64,000 nt of DNA, from contig JAXGPA010000005.1 of NCBI GenBank assembly GCA_040767195.1, positions 1 through 64,000 on the forward strand, given 5' to 3'. The position numbers were made by a program, and so were the translations under genes. Of the stretch, positions 8,957-18,613 are shown one piece after another. The stretch comes from Syntrophales bacterium. GTDB taxonomy: Bacteria > Desulfobacterota > Syntrophia > Syntrophales > UBA6807. How positions within the stretch are numbered: position 1 is the stretch's first letter; each line of letters opens with the position of its first letter. Below the pieces are notes generated by a model that made no database searches, had not been told where the DNA came from, and saw only the letters and a list, made by a program, of their open reading frames with translations.

Positions 8957-9082
8957 GACGGCTTTGTAAAAAGATCCAGAGGCAAGGCGCCCAAATCCCG
9001 AGGAATGAGACGTACGTATTGGTACGTCGCAATGACGAGGGATGAAGGGCAACACAGCCTATGGGCTTTTTACGAAGTCGTC
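8957..9082. mobile_element. 126-bp MITE-like element with 17-bp terminal inverted repeats
   Basis: Left GACGGCTTTGTAAAAAG versus reverse complement of right end GACGACTTCGTAAAAAG (15/17); internal hairpin GACGTAC-gtattg-GTACGTC; intergenic; extra end-like copy GATGAACTCGTAAAAG at 8921. Confidence 0.7.
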
Positions 9083-9113
9083 TTGAAATAAATGGAAAGT
9101 GAGACCTAAGAAC

Positions 9114-9554
9114 ATGAACAAGCTGAATCTCCAGTGGGACCTGCCGGACCTGAAACCCGGCCTTTCCAGGACCATTCAGAAAACCATCGGCGAATCGGAC
9201 AACCTGGCCTACGGGCACGGCGCGCTCACCGAGCTCCTGCCCACGCCGCCGCTCACCGCCCTCATGATCGAGGCGGCCATCCAGGTCGTGGACCCGCTCC
9301 TCCCGCAGGGGTATGTGACCGTCGCCACGTCCTTTTCCGTCACCTATCTCAGCCCGACCTTCCTGGGGGCGACCATCACCGTGGTGGCGACGCTGGTGGG
9401 CGTGGAGGGGAAAGGGCTGGTTTTCGATCTCATGGCCTTCGACGAGCTCGGCCAGGTCGGCCGGGGGCGCCACGAACGGTACATCGTCAATTCGGAACAC
9501 TTCATGGACACGGCCCGAAAACGCTGCGAGCCGATCAGGAAAATAATAAAATGA
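9114..9554 (+). CDS. Hotdog-fold thioesterase, FlK (fluoroacetyl-CoA thioesterase)-like
   Basis: LLPTPPLTALMIEAA, GYVTVA..V.YLSPTFLG, GRGRHERYIV pattern; alternative GTG start 9099. Confidence 0.8.
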   Translation: MNKLNLQWDLPDLKPGLSRTIQKTIGESDNLAYGHGALTELLPTPPLTALMIEAAIQVVDPLLPQGYVTVATSFSVTYLSPTFLGATITVVATLVGVEGKGLVFDLMAFDELGQVGRGRHERYIVNSEHFMDTARKRCEPIRKIIK

Positions 9555-9599
9555 CGGGGTAACGCAAGCCCGGCGGGTCCTGAAGAAAGGAAAAGAGAC

Positions 9600-11534
9600 A
9601 TGACGTTCACGCACCTTTTCGAGCCGGTCAGGATCGGCGACATGACAATCCGGAACCGGATTGTCATGCTCCCCATGACGACGGGATACGGGGAATCCGA
9701 TGAAACGGTGGGACGGCGGTTCATCCGGTTTTTCGCCGACAGGGCCCGGGGCGGAGCGGGGCTCATCATTATCCCCTTTTCTCCCGTCCGGGCGGGTTCT
9801 CCCGAAGAACCGGGACTCTTTCACGACCGTTTCGTTCCGTTCCTCCGCCCGTTGACGTCCCGGTTGCGGGACGAGGGGGCGAAATCGGCGGCCCAGCTCA
9901 TCACGTCCTATCACATCGCCTTCGGGGACAGCGGCCCCGAGGTCGTGGGACCGTCGCCGGTGATGAACCAGATGATGCGGGTCACCCCAAGGGTCCTGAC
10001 GGTCGATGAAATACGGTTTGTCGTCGCGGAATACGGCAAGGCGGCCCGCCGGGCCCGGGAAGGGGGATTCGACGCCGTGGAAATCCTCGTCGGCGGCGGG
10101 TATCTTCTCAACCGTTTCCTTTCACCCGTCAGCAACGAGCGAAACGACGGATACGGCGGGACCCTGGAGAACCGGATGCGGATCATCCTGGAGATCGTCG
10201 CCTCTATCCGCGAGGAAGCGGGAAAGGATTTCCCCGTAGGCTGCCGGCTCAACATCGAGGAGCAGATGACGGGGGGGCACACCCTGGCGGAATCGAAAGT
10301 CGTCGCCCGGGCCCTGGAAGAAGCGGGCGTCGCCATGATCAACGTGTACACGGGATGGCACGAGTCGCCCGTCCCCACGGTGGCCCCGTCCCTGCCGCCG
10401 GGGGCCTTCGCCCACCTGTCCGGGGGCATCCGGGAGGCCGTCGGCATTCCTGTCATCGCCGCCAACCGGATCAACGACCCCTTCATTGCCGAGAAGATCC
10501 TGGCGGAGGGAAAAGCCGACCTGGCCGGCATGGGCCGGGCCCTTCTCGCCGACCCGGAACTCCCGAACAAGGCCCGGGAAGGCCGGACCGACGAGATCGT
10601 TCCCTGCCTGGCCTGCTCCCACTGCCTGGGAGAGATCATGGGCACCTACAAAAACTGGGGCCGGATTTTTTCCACTTCCTGCGTCGTCAACCCCCGGGCG
10701 GGAAGGGAGGAGGAAACGGAGCCCCGCCCCGCCGACAGCCGAAAACGGGTCTTCGTGATCGGCGGCGGACCGGGGGGCCTGGCGGCGGCCCTGGCGGCGG
10801 CCGAGAGGGGCCACGATGTGACCCTTTTCGAGAGGGAAAGAGACCTGGGCGGCCGCCTTCTCACGGCGGCCCTCCCGCCCTTCAAGGAGCCGATCGGGAC
10901 CCTCGCCCGGAGCCTGGCGGCCCGGGCGACAAGAGCCGGGGTTCGCTTCCGCCTCGAATGCCCCGCGGAGCCCGAAAGGATCGGGGAGGAAAAGCCGGAT
11001 GTTCTCATCGTGGCGACGGGCGCCGACAGCCTCGTTCCGGACATACCCGGTGCCGGCGGGCCCCGGGTCGCCGGGGCGGAAGAGGTGCTCGCGGGACGGA
11101 AGACGGTGAGGGGGACCGTGATCGTCATCGGGGGCGGCATGGTGGGCTGCGAGACGGCGGAGTTTCTCCTCGAAAGGGCGAAAGGCGTGACCCGGGTCAT
11201 CGTTCTTGAAATGATGGACCGCATGGCCCAGAACGTTTCTCCCACCTACAGGCCTTTTTTCCTGGCCCGGCTGAAGAAGATGGGCGTGGAACTCGAAACG
11301 GGGACCACCGTCACCGAGATAACGGGCGACGGGGTCAAGGTGCTCCGGAAGGGTTCCCCCGAATTCGTGGCCGCCGATTCCGTCGTTCTGGCCGCGGGTT
11401 ACAGGGCCGATCCGTCGAAAACGGCCGCCTTCAGGAATGCCGCTCCGGAGGTTTACGCCGTGGGGGACTGTGCCGGGGCCCGGATGATCAAGGACGCCAT
11501 CGAGGAGGGTTTTCACACCGGGAGGTCCCTGTAG
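9600..11534 (+). CDS. NADH:flavin oxidoreductase, OYE TIM barrel plus FAD domain (2,4-dienoyl-CoA reductase/enoate reductase-like)
   Basis: IRNRIVMLPM, GFDAVEI..GGYLLNRFLSP..N.R.D.YGG.LENR, GRALLADP, Fe-S motif CLACSHC...C.VNP, GGGPGG and GGGMVG Rossmann motifs. Confidence 0.9.
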   Translation: MTFTHLFEPVRIGDMTIRNRIVMLPMTTGYGESDETVGRRFIRFFADRARGGAGLIIIPFSPVRAGSPEEPGLFHDRFVPFLRPLTSRLRDEGAKSAAQLITSYHIAFGDSGPEVVGPSPVMNQMMRVTPRVLTVDEIRFVVAEYGKAARRAREGGFDAVEILVGGGYLLNRFLSPVSNERNDGYGGTLENRMRIILEIVASIREEAGKDFPVGCRLNIEEQMTGGHTLAESKVVARALEEAGVAMINVYTGWHESPVPTVAPSLPPGAFAHLSGGIREAVGIPVIAANRINDPFIAEKILAEGKADLAGMGRALLADPELPNKAREGRTDEIVPCLACSHCLGEIMGTYKNWGRIFSTSCVVNPRAGREEETEPRPADSRKRVFVIGGGPGGLAAALAAAERGHDVTLFERERDLGGRLLTAALPPFKEPIGTLARSLAARATRAGVRFRLECPAEPERIGEEKPDVLIVATGADSLVPDIPGAGGPRVAGAEEVLAGRKTVRGTVIVIGGGMVGCETAEFLLERAKGVTRVIVLEMMDRMAQNVSPTYRPFFLARLKKMGVELETGTTVTEITGDGVKVLRKGSPEFVAADSVVLAAGYRADPSKTAAFRNAAPEVYAVGDCAGARMIKDAIEEGFHTGRSL

Positions 11535-11828
11535 GATATCCCGAGCGTTTTCCCTTCCCCGCCGTTACCCCCGCGTCGCCGCCGGAAGTCCCTGTTTCCC
11601 CTTTTTTCCAGATCCCGAGGGGGCGGATCACGGAAAATTCCGGCGGGCGTTTCCGCCCCCTTTCCCGCACCGGACGGATGCCCCGTGGCAGGCCGGTGCC
11701 TTGCGAGGGTCCGTGAAAGCGTGTCCCGGTGTCTTGATTCCTGCGCCTGAATAGCATATATAAAGCGGTTCAACGGAACGTCACCATCGCGCCTCGTTCT
11801 CCGGGGCGCGTGAAAGCGGTTTGCGGTA

Positions 11829-13190
11829 TTGAAAAGGATTCTTGTTGTCGATGACGACGGGCGGGCCCGTTCATCCCTGTGCGCCCTTCTTCATGAAGGG
11901 GGATATGAAACGGACGAGGCGGCCACCGAAATCGAGGCGATGCGGCGCCTGGAACGAGGCGTCCACGAACTCGTCATTACCGATCTCTGCGCCCCGGACT
12001 GCGCCTGCATGGGGCTCCTGCACTGGATTCGGGATCACTACCCCCGGACCGACATCATCATCGTCAGCTCTTACGGTTCCGTCGACTGTGTCGTCCGGAC
12101 CATCAAGATGGGCGTCCTGAACTACGTGATGAAGCCCGTGGACGGCCCGGAATTCCTGAACCTCGTCCAGGAAGCCTTTCTTCGGCGTGAACATCACCTC
12201 CTGTCGCTGCGCCGGGTGAATGAGCCCTACTGTTATGTCGTCGACCGGGTGGTGGGCGTCTCCCGGAGCATGGAAAAAGTGCTCGAAACGGCTCTTCGGG
12301 TCACCGAGGTAGACAGCGGGATCCTGATCCATGGGGAAAGCGGAACGGGGAAGGAACTCGTCGCCCGGATCATCCACAACCGCAGCACCACCCGGGGCAA
12401 AAGAGAATTCGTCGCCATCAACTGCTCCGCCATCCCGAACGACATCCTGGAGAGCGAACTCTTCGGGTACGCCCAGGGGGCCTTCACGGGGGCGGGCCGG
12501 AGCCGCATGGGCCTCATCGAAGTGGCCGACGGCGGGACCCTTTTCATGGACGAGATCGGCGACACGACCCCCCAGTTCCAGTCGAAGCTTCTCCGGGTCA
12601 TCCAGGAAAAGGAAATCCGGCGCCTCGGAGATAACGAACGCCGTTCCGTGGATGTTCGGATCGTCGCCGCCACGAACCGGAACCTCCGGCAGATGGTCCG
12701 TGAAGGCGCCTTCCGGGAGGATCTTTACTACCGCTTGAGCGTCATCGACATCGTCCTCCCGCCTCTCAGGGAACGGCGGGAGGACATCGAGCCCCTGGTG
12801 TCGTACATCCTTCAGGAAATCAACGGCCGCCTGGGGAATGAAAGAAAAGGGGTTTCCGACGAGGCCATGGCCGTTCTCACGGCCTACCCGTGGCCGGGAA
12901 ATGTCCGGGAACTCAGGAACAGCCTGGAGCGCGCCGCCGTCCTGTCCGATCACCGGGTTCTTCAGCCCGGTGACTTTCCCCTGGCCCTGGATCACTACCT
13001 GAAAGGGTTGAAGACGGGCGGCGACGAAGACATCGTTCCCCTCAAGGAAATGGAGCGGCGGTACCTTCTCAAGGCCATGCACAAGTATAACTACAACCAG
13101 AAACTCGTGGCCCGGAAACTGGGCATCGGTTACACGACCCTGTGGCGGAAGCTCAAGTTGAACGACAAGGACTTCAAGTCGACCCCCTGA
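11829..13190 (+). CDS. Sigma54-dependent response regulator (NtrC family)
   Basis: Receiver (ILVVDDD, ITDL, KP), AAA+ GESGTGKE, ESELFG, GAFTGA, LFMDEIG, WPGNVREL, Fis-type HTH. Confidence 0.93.
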   Translation: MKRILVVDDDGRARSSLCALLHEGGYETDEAATEIEAMRRLERGVHELVITDLCAPDCACMGLLHWIRDHYPRTDIIIVSSYGSVDCVVRTIKMGVLNYVMKPVDGPEFLNLVQEAFLRREHHLLSLRRVNEPYCYVVDRVVGVSRSMEKVLETALRVTEVDSGILIHGESGTGKELVARIIHNRSTTRGKREFVAINCSAIPNDILESELFGYAQGAFTGAGRSRMGLIEVADGGTLFMDEIGDTTPQFQSKLLRVIQEKEIRRLGDNERRSVDVRIVAATNRNLRQMVREGAFREDLYYRLSVIDIVLPPLRERREDIEPLVSYILQEINGRLGNERKGVSDEAMAVLTAYPWPGNVRELRNSLERAAVLSDHRVLQPGDFPLALDHYLKGLKTGGDEDIVPLKEMERRYLLKAMHKYNYNQKLVARKLGIGYTTLWRKLKLNDKDFKSTP

Positions 13191-13214
13191 AGACGTGCGA
13201 AGTACGCACGGTCA

Positions 13215-13227
13215 TTTCATTCTGAAA
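13215..13227. promoter_or_regulatory. Palindrome, candidate upstream activator site for the nuo sigma54 promoter
   Basis: TTTCA-TTC-TGAAA about 150 nt upstream of the -24/-12 element, with an AT-rich tract (13300-13321) between them. Confidence 0.45.
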
Positions 13228-13376
13228 GACTTTCCTCTCACCCTCCGATTCGGCAAAGCCGTGATGCGAGACGGCGCTGACATGTCGGCGCCCCTGCCGT
13301 ATTTTAATAATCATAAATAATCCCGATGGACTGCACCGGATACCCGCGGGCCGGTCCTCTCCCGGCGGGTCCCCTG

Positions 13377-13392
13377 TGGCATGGCCGTTGCA
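13377..13392 (+). promoter_or_regulatory. Sigma54 -24/-12 promoter of the nuo operon
   Basis: TGGCATGGCCGTTGCA = GG-N10-GC, 41 nt upstream of the nuoA ATG, just downstream of a sigma54 activator gene. Confidence 0.8.
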
Positions 13393-13433
13393 CAAAAGGC
13401 AACCATTACGCTGAACCGAGGGTGACCCATTCC

Positions 13434-13787
13434 ATGTCAACGGCCTGGTCTCTTGCTTTTTTCCTTTTCCTTGTCGCGGGGTCTGTGACGGCCATACTCC
13501 TGGTGTCCCACCGGGTGGGCCGCCGGCCCCTGGCGGCGGAAAAGGATGTTCCCTACGAGTGCGGCATGCTTCCCCTGGAGAAGCCCGACTCCCGGTTTTC
13601 CGTCCGCTTTTACAAGGTGGCCCTTCTTTTCGTCATCTTCGATGTTGAAATCGTCTTTCTTTACCTGTGGGCCCTCGTCGTCCGGGACCTCGGCGGGTTC
13701 GGGATCGTGGAGATGTTCGTCTTCATCGCCGTTCTCCTGGCGGCGCTCTTCTATGTCTGGCGAAAAGGGGACCTGGAATGGGAATAG
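13434..13787 (+). CDS. nuoA: NADH-quinone oxidoreductase subunit A
   Basis: [32 protein letters not shown]; start set at MSTAWS. Confidence 0.93.
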   Translation: MSTAWSLAFFLFLVAGSVTAILLVSHRVGRRPLAAEKDVPYECGMLPLEKPDSRFSVRFYKVALLFVIFDVEIVFLYLWALVVRDLGGFGIVEMFVFIAVLLAALFYVWRKGDLEWE

Positions 13788-14257
13788 ACCGGATCGGTGA
13801 GAGCCGCGTCATCCGAGGGAACTTGGACAGGATCGTCGCCTGGGGGCGCCGGAATTCCCTGTGGCCCATGACTTTCGGGCTTGCCTGCTGCGCCATCGAG
13901 ATGATCGCGACGGCCGCCGCGCGCTACGACATCGCCCGGTTCGGCATGGAGGTTTTCCGGGCCTCGCCCCGCCAGGCCGACGTGATGATCGTCGCCGGGA
14001 CGGTGACGAAAAAAATGGCGCCCGCCGTGAGGAGGCTTTACGACCAGATGGCGGAACCCCGGTGGGTCGTCGCCATGGGATCCTGCGCCTGTTCGGGCGG
14101 CCTTTTTCCCACCTACGCGGTGGTCCAGGGGGTGGATTCCCTTCTGCCCGTGGACATCTATATCCCCGGGTGTCCCGTGAGGCCCGAGGCCCTTCTCGAC
14201 GGCCTCATCCGCCTCCAGGAAAAAATCGCCCGGGAGGCGAAGGAGGGGCTCCGATGA
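13778..14257 (+). CDS. nuoB: NADH-quinone oxidoreductase subunit B
   Basis: [39 protein letters not shown]. Confidence 0.95.
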   Translation: MGIDRIGESRVIRGNLDRIVAWGRRNSLWPMTFGLACCAIEMIATAAARYDIARFGMEVFRASPRQADVMIVAGTVTKKMAPAVRRLYDQMAEPRWVVAMGSCACSGGLFPTYAVVQGVDSLLPVDIYIPGCPVRPEALLDGLIRLQEKIAREAKEGLR

Positions 14258-14709
14258 TCGTCGAGGCCATCAGCCGGCGTTTCGGGGAATCCGTGGTAAA
14301 CGCGACGGTGTTCCGGGGGGAAACCACGATTACGACGGAGCGGAAGGCCCTCCTTCCCCTGGGGCGCTTCCTCCGGGACGAGCCCGGGCTCGCTTTCACC
14401 TTCCTTTCCGATCTGTGCGCTGTCGATCTCCATCCCCGGGCGCCCCGCTTCCAGGTGGTTTACCACCTCTTCGCACCGGACACGGGACACCGGCTGCGGG
14501 TCAAGGTGCCCCTGGACGGGGAAGACGCCGTCATCGACTCCGTCACGGGGATCTGGGAGACGGCGGACTGGCACGAAAGGGAGTGTTTCGACCTCTTCGG
14601 GATCCGGTTCAGGAACCACCCGGACCTGCGGCGGATCCTTCTCCCGGAGGCTTTCGAGGGACACCCCCTCCGCAAGGATTTTCCCCTGGGAGGGCGGACG
14701 GAGCCATGA
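14254..14709 (+). CDS. nuoC: NADH-quinone oxidoreductase subunit C
   Basis: [40 protein letters not shown] overlap with nuoB. Confidence 0.93.
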   Translation: MIVEAISRRFGESVVNATVFRGETTITTERKALLPLGRFLRDEPGLAFTFLSDLCAVDLHPRAPRFQVVYHLFAPDTGHRLRVKVPLDGEDAVIDSVTGIWETADWHERECFDLFGIRFRNHPDLRRILLPEAFEGHPLRKDFPLGGRTEP

Positions 14710-15875
14710 ACGAAAGAACCCTGACCCTCAACCTGGGCCCTCAGCACCCCAGCACCCACGGCGTCCTCCGGGTGATCCTGGAACTGGACGGCGAGACGGT
14801 CGTCGACGCCCGGCCCGACATCGGCTTTCTCCACCGGGGCATCGAGAAACTTGCCGAGTCGAGAACCTGGAACCAGTGCATCGTTCTCACGGACCGTATC
14901 GACTACCTGGCCGCCATGAGCAACAACCTGGCCTACGTGACGGCGGTGGAAAAGCTCATGGGCCTCGACGTTCCCCGGCGGGCCCAGTATGTCCGGGTCG
15001 CCCTGGCGGAACTCCAGAGAATCGCGAGCCACCTGTTCTGGCTGGGGACCCATGCCCACGACATGGGGGCCATGACGCCCCTTTTCTACGCCCTCAGGGA
15101 ACGGGAGGTCATCATGGACATTTTCGAGTCCCTGGCGGGATCCCGTCTCATGCCGAGTTTCCTGCGGATCGGCGGGCTCGCCGCCGACATCGACAGCGGT
15201 TTCGTAAAGTCCGTCCTGGGTTTCACCGAGTCCTTTTCCCGGCGCGTGGACGAGTACGAAAGTCTCCTCACGGACAACCCCATCTGGAAGCTTCGGACCC
15301 GGGGCGTCGGCATTCTCGACGGGGAAAACTGCCTCCGCCTGGGCATCTCCGGTCCCATGCTCCGGGGGGGCGGCGTGGGGTGGGACATTCGCAAGTCCCA
15401 CCCTTACAGCGGTTACGAGGACTTTCAATTTGAAATACCCGTCGGGATGGAGGGGGACGTCTACGACCGCTACCTCGTCCGGGTCCGGGAAATGCGGGAG
15501 AGCGCCCGGATCGCCCGGCAGGCCGTCGAGGGACTTCCGGAAGGAAGGTGGATCGCCGACGACCCGGCGGCCGTCTTTCCTCCCCGGGAGGATCTGAAGA
15601 ACAACGTGGCGGCCATGATCCGCCACTTCGGCCTCGTCATGGAAGGTATGAAGCCGCCCGCCGGGGAAGTCTACCAAGCCATCGAGTCACCCCGCGGGGA
15701 GCTGGGGTTCTATCTCGTCAGCGACGGGGGGCCGCGGCCGCTGCGCTTCAAGGTCCGGCCGCCTTCCTTCGTGAACCTCCAGGGGCTCGTGAAAATGATA
15801 CGGGGAAGGCTCCTGGCGGACGTCATGGCCGTCATCGGGGCCCTGGACATCGTCCTGGCCGAGGTGGACCGCTGA
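14706..15875 (+). CDS. nuoD: NADH-quinone oxidoreductase subunit D
   Basis: NLGPQHPSTHGVLR, GFLHRGIEK, DRIDY, ESPRGELG, ends EVDR; no NiFe CxxC ligands. Confidence 0.95.
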   Translation: MNERTLTLNLGPQHPSTHGVLRVILELDGETVVDARPDIGFLHRGIEKLAESRTWNQCIVLTDRIDYLAAMSNNLAYVTAVEKLMGLDVPRRAQYVRVALAELQRIASHLFWLGTHAHDMGAMTPLFYALREREVIMDIFESLAGSRLMPSFLRIGGLAADIDSGFVKSVLGFTESFSRRVDEYESLLTDNPIWKLRTRGVGILDGENCLRLGISGPMLRGGGVGWDIRKSHPYSGYEDFQFEIPVGMEGDVYDRYLVRVREMRESARIARQAVEGLPEGRWIADDPAAVFPPREDLKNNVAAMIRHFGLVMEGMKPPAGEVYQAIESPRGELGFYLVSDGGPRPLRFKVRPPSFVNLQGLVKMIRGRLLADVMAVIGALDIVLAEVDR

Positions 15876-15920
15876 ACAGGAGAGATGAAGGAAATAGGCG
15901 AAAGGAAAGAATGAACAGCC

Positions 15921-16415
15921 ATGAGGCAGGAACTTGTGAATCGATTTTCCGGGGAGACAATGGCGCGGGTCGACGGCATCATTGCGGAATACGGAAAAAC
16001 ACCGGGAGCCCTTCTCGTCGTCCTGGAGAAAGTGCAGGATGAGACCCGGTACCTCCCCGTCGAGCTCCAGCGCTACATTGCCGGAAAGATGGGGATTCCC
16101 CCGAGCCGGGTCTTCGGGGTGGCGACCTTCTATTCCTATTTCAGCATCGTCCCCCGGGGCCGGAAGGTCGTCAAGGTCTGCAGCGGGACGGCCTGTTACG
16201 TGAAACGGGCCGGTGAAATCATGGATCGGCTGAGACGGAAAATCGGCGTGGAAGGCGGGGAAGTGTCCCCCGACGGGGAGTATTCCATCGAGGAGGTGCG
16301 CTGTCTCGGGGCCTGCGGGCTCGCGCCGGTCGTTGTCATCGGTGACCAGACCTTCGGGCTCATCGACCCGGAAAACGTGGAAGAAATTATCGAGAAAGCG
16401 GGTGAGGGATCATGA
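15921..16415 (+). CDS. nuoE: NuoE/HydC/HndA-like [2Fe-2S] subunit
   Basis: GVATFYSYF, VCSGTACYV, RCLGACGLAPV. Confidence 0.9.
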   Translation: MRQELVNRFSGETMARVDGIIAEYGKTPGALLVVLEKVQDETRYLPVELQRYIAGKMGIPPSRVFGVATFYSYFSIVPRGRKVVKVCSGTACYVKRAGEIMDRLRRKIGVEGGEVSPDGEYSIEEVRCLGACGLAPVVVIGDQTFGLIDPENVEEIIEKAGEGS

Positions 16416-16804
16416 CCTTTCAGGAACTGAAGGACATCAAGGACCGTTACATCGACGACCGGAAAAAGGAACAGGAGTCGGGCGTCATCGTCGTGGACGT
16501 CCACATGGGGACCTGCGGGATCGCCGCGGGGGCCCGGGACATTTTTCAGGTTCTCGAAAGGGAGAAGGAGCGGCTGAATCTCGACTACCTGCGCCTCCGT
16601 GTCACGGGGTGTGCCGGGCTCTGCAGCATGGAGCCCATGATCACCGTCCAGCGGCCCGGGGAGGCGCCCGTCAAGTACGGGAAACTGAACGGGGAAAAGA
16701 CCCGGGAGATCGTTTTCAGCCATATCCTCGGCGGACACCCCAAGACGGAGTACGCCATCGGCCGGGGCCTCGAGAAACCGCAGAAAAGGGTCGGCATGGA
16801 ATGA
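16412..16804 (+). CDS. Thioredoxin-like (2Fe-2S) ferredoxin-domain subunit, HndB/HydD-like
   Basis: VHMGTCGIAAGAR, VTGCAGLCSMEP, VKYG; overlaps both neighbours by 4 nt. Confidence 0.85.
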   Translation: MTFQELKDIKDRYIDDRKKEQESGVIVVDVHMGTCGIAAGARDIFQVLEREKERLNLDYLRLRVTGCAGLCSMEPMITVQRPGEAPVKYGKLNGEKTREIVFSHILGGHPKTEYAIGRGLEKPQKRVGME

Positions 16805-18588
16805 TCTCGTCGGTCAGCAAGATCGCCTACTGCACGAGCGGGAAGTGCAAGTTCCGTAAGAACATCGACGTCCGGGCCCTCCTCGAGAAGGCCCTCGACG
16901 AAATGGGCGGCCGGGACCGGATCGACCTCGTGGAAACGGAGTGCCTCATTTCCTGCTACCAGGGGCCCTCCATCATGTTCCTCCCGGGGGGGAAGGTCTT
17001 CCAGGTCCTTGCGGAAGACCGGTTCACCGAGACCCTGAAGTCGTTCATCGAGGCCCAGCGGCACCCCCTGTCGCCCTTCCAGGCGGAACCCCGGACGGAC
17101 GGGGACATCCCGGGCATCGAAAACCTGGACTTCTTCGGTCGCCAGAACCTCGTCGTTCTCCGGAACCGGGGGCACATCGACGGCGAAAGCATCGAGGAGT
17201 ACATCGCCCACGACGGCTATCTTGCCCTCTACAAGGCCCTGACGGTCATGACCGCCGAGGAGGTCATCGGCGAAATGAAGCGTTCCGGGCTCCGGGGCCG
17301 CGGGGGGGCCGGCTTTCCCACGGGCGTGAAGTGGGAGGAGGCCCGGAAGTACCGCCGGTTCCCCAAGTATGTCATCTGCAACGGGGACGAAGGCGACCCC
17401 GGGGCCTTCATGGACCGGAGCATCATGGAATCGGACCCCCACGCCGTCCTGGAAGGCATGATCATCTGCGGCTATGCCACCGGCGCCCGCCAGGGTTACA
17501 TCTACGTCCGGGCGGAATACCCCCTGGCGCTGCGCATGCTCCGGACCGCCATCGACAGTGCCCGGGAGAAGGGTTTCCTGGGACGGAACATCCTGGGGAC
17601 GGGTTTCGACTTCGACGTGGACATCTATCCCGGCGCCGGCGCCTTCGTCTGCGGCGAGTCGACGGCCCTCATGTATTCCATCGAGGGGAAGCGCGGCATG
17701 CCCCGCATCAAGCCGCCCCGCTCCACCGAGTCGGGCCTCTGGGGGAATCCGACCTGCCTCAACAACGTGGAGACCTTCGCCAACGTACCCCGGATCATCC
17801 TCGAGGGGGCCGAGTGGTTTCGGAGCATCGGCACGGCGGACTCGACGGGAACGAAGGTGTTCTCCCTCACCGGCGCCGTCAGGAACGTGGGTCTCGTGGA
17901 AGTTCCCATGGGGACGGACCTCCGGACCATCATCTTCCAGATCGGCGGGGGCATCCGGGGAAACGCCCGGTTCAAGGCCGTCCAGCTGGGCGGACCGTCG
18001 GGCGGGTGCCTCACGGAAAAACACCTTCACCTGCCGGTGACCTTCGACTCCCTCCAGGATGCCGGCGCCATGATGGGTTCCGGCGGCATCGTCGTCATGG
18101 ACGACACGAACTGCATGGTGGACGTGGCCCGGTTTTTCACCCAGTTCTGCGTCGACGAGTCCTGCGGCAAGTGCGTCCCCTGCCGGGTGGGCCTGAACGC
18201 CATGCTGGAAACCCTGGAAAAGATCATCGAGGGCCGCGGGGAGCCCAAGGACCTGGAGCGGCTGGAAGGGATGGCCAGGCACGTCGCCGCCACGGCTCAC
18301 TGCGGGCTCGGCCAGGCGGCCCCGAACCCCGTATTGAGCACTTTGAGATATTTCAGGGACGAGTACGAGGCCCACATCCGGGAGAAGCGCTGCCCCGCCC
18401 GTGTCTGCGTGGACCTTCTCCGGTTCGAGGTGGACGGGGAGGCCTGCCGCCGCTGCGGCCTCTGCGCCCGGGTCTGTCCCGTGGACGCCATAACCTGGAA
18501 GAAAGGAGACGTCGCCGTTATTGACCGGGACCGCTGCATCCGCTGCAAATCCTGCATCCGGGCCTGCCGCTTCAAGGCGATCGTTTAG
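16801..18588 (+). CDS. nuoF: Long NuoF/HydB/HndC-like FMN, NAD(P)H-binding subunit (595 aa)
   Basis: N-terminal Cys domain (CTSGKC...CLISC), SGLRGRGGAGFPTG, NGDEGDPGAFMDR, GAGAFVCGESTAL, GGPSGG, ESCGKCVPCR...CGLG, H...CP...C, C-terminal CRRCGLCARVCP and CIRCKSCIRAC. Confidence 0.92.
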   Translation: MISSVSKIAYCTSGKCKFRKNIDVRALLEKALDEMGGRDRIDLVETECLISCYQGPSIMFLPGGKVFQVLAEDRFTETLKSFIEAQRHPLSPFQAEPRTDGDIPGIENLDFFGRQNLVVLRNRGHIDGESIEEYIAHDGYLALYKALTVMTAEEVIGEMKRSGLRGRGGAGFPTGVKWEEARKYRRFPKYVICNGDEGDPGAFMDRSIMESDPHAVLEGMIICGYATGARQGYIYVRAEYPLALRMLRTAIDSAREKGFLGRNILGTGFDFDVDIYPGAGAFVCGESTALMYSIEGKRGMPRIKPPRSTESGLWGNPTCLNNVETFANVPRIILEGAEWFRSIGTADSTGTKVFSLTGAVRNVGLVEVPMGTDLRTIIFQIGGGIRGNARFKAVQLGGPSGGCLTEKHLHLPVTFDSLQDAGAMMGSGGIVVMDDTNCMVDVARFFTQFCVDESCGKCVPCRVGLNAMLETLEKIIEGRGEPKDLERLEGMARHVAATAHCGLGQAAPNPVLSTLRYFRDEYEAHIREKRCPARVCVDLLRFEVDGEACRRCGLCARVCPVDAITWKKGDVAVIDRDRCIRCKSCIRACRFKAIV

Positions 18589-18613
18589 CGTGATGAAGGA
18601 GCCGGGAAAAAAC

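Noticed and set aside
11686..11699. TGGCAGGCCGGTGC as a sigma54 promoter for the activator gene
   Set aside because: GG to GC spacing is 9 nt, not the required 10.
14706..15875. Operon as a group 4 [NiFe] hydrogenase
   Set aside because: NuoD lacks both CxxC nickel-binding motifs and retains the quinone-site His and Tyr.
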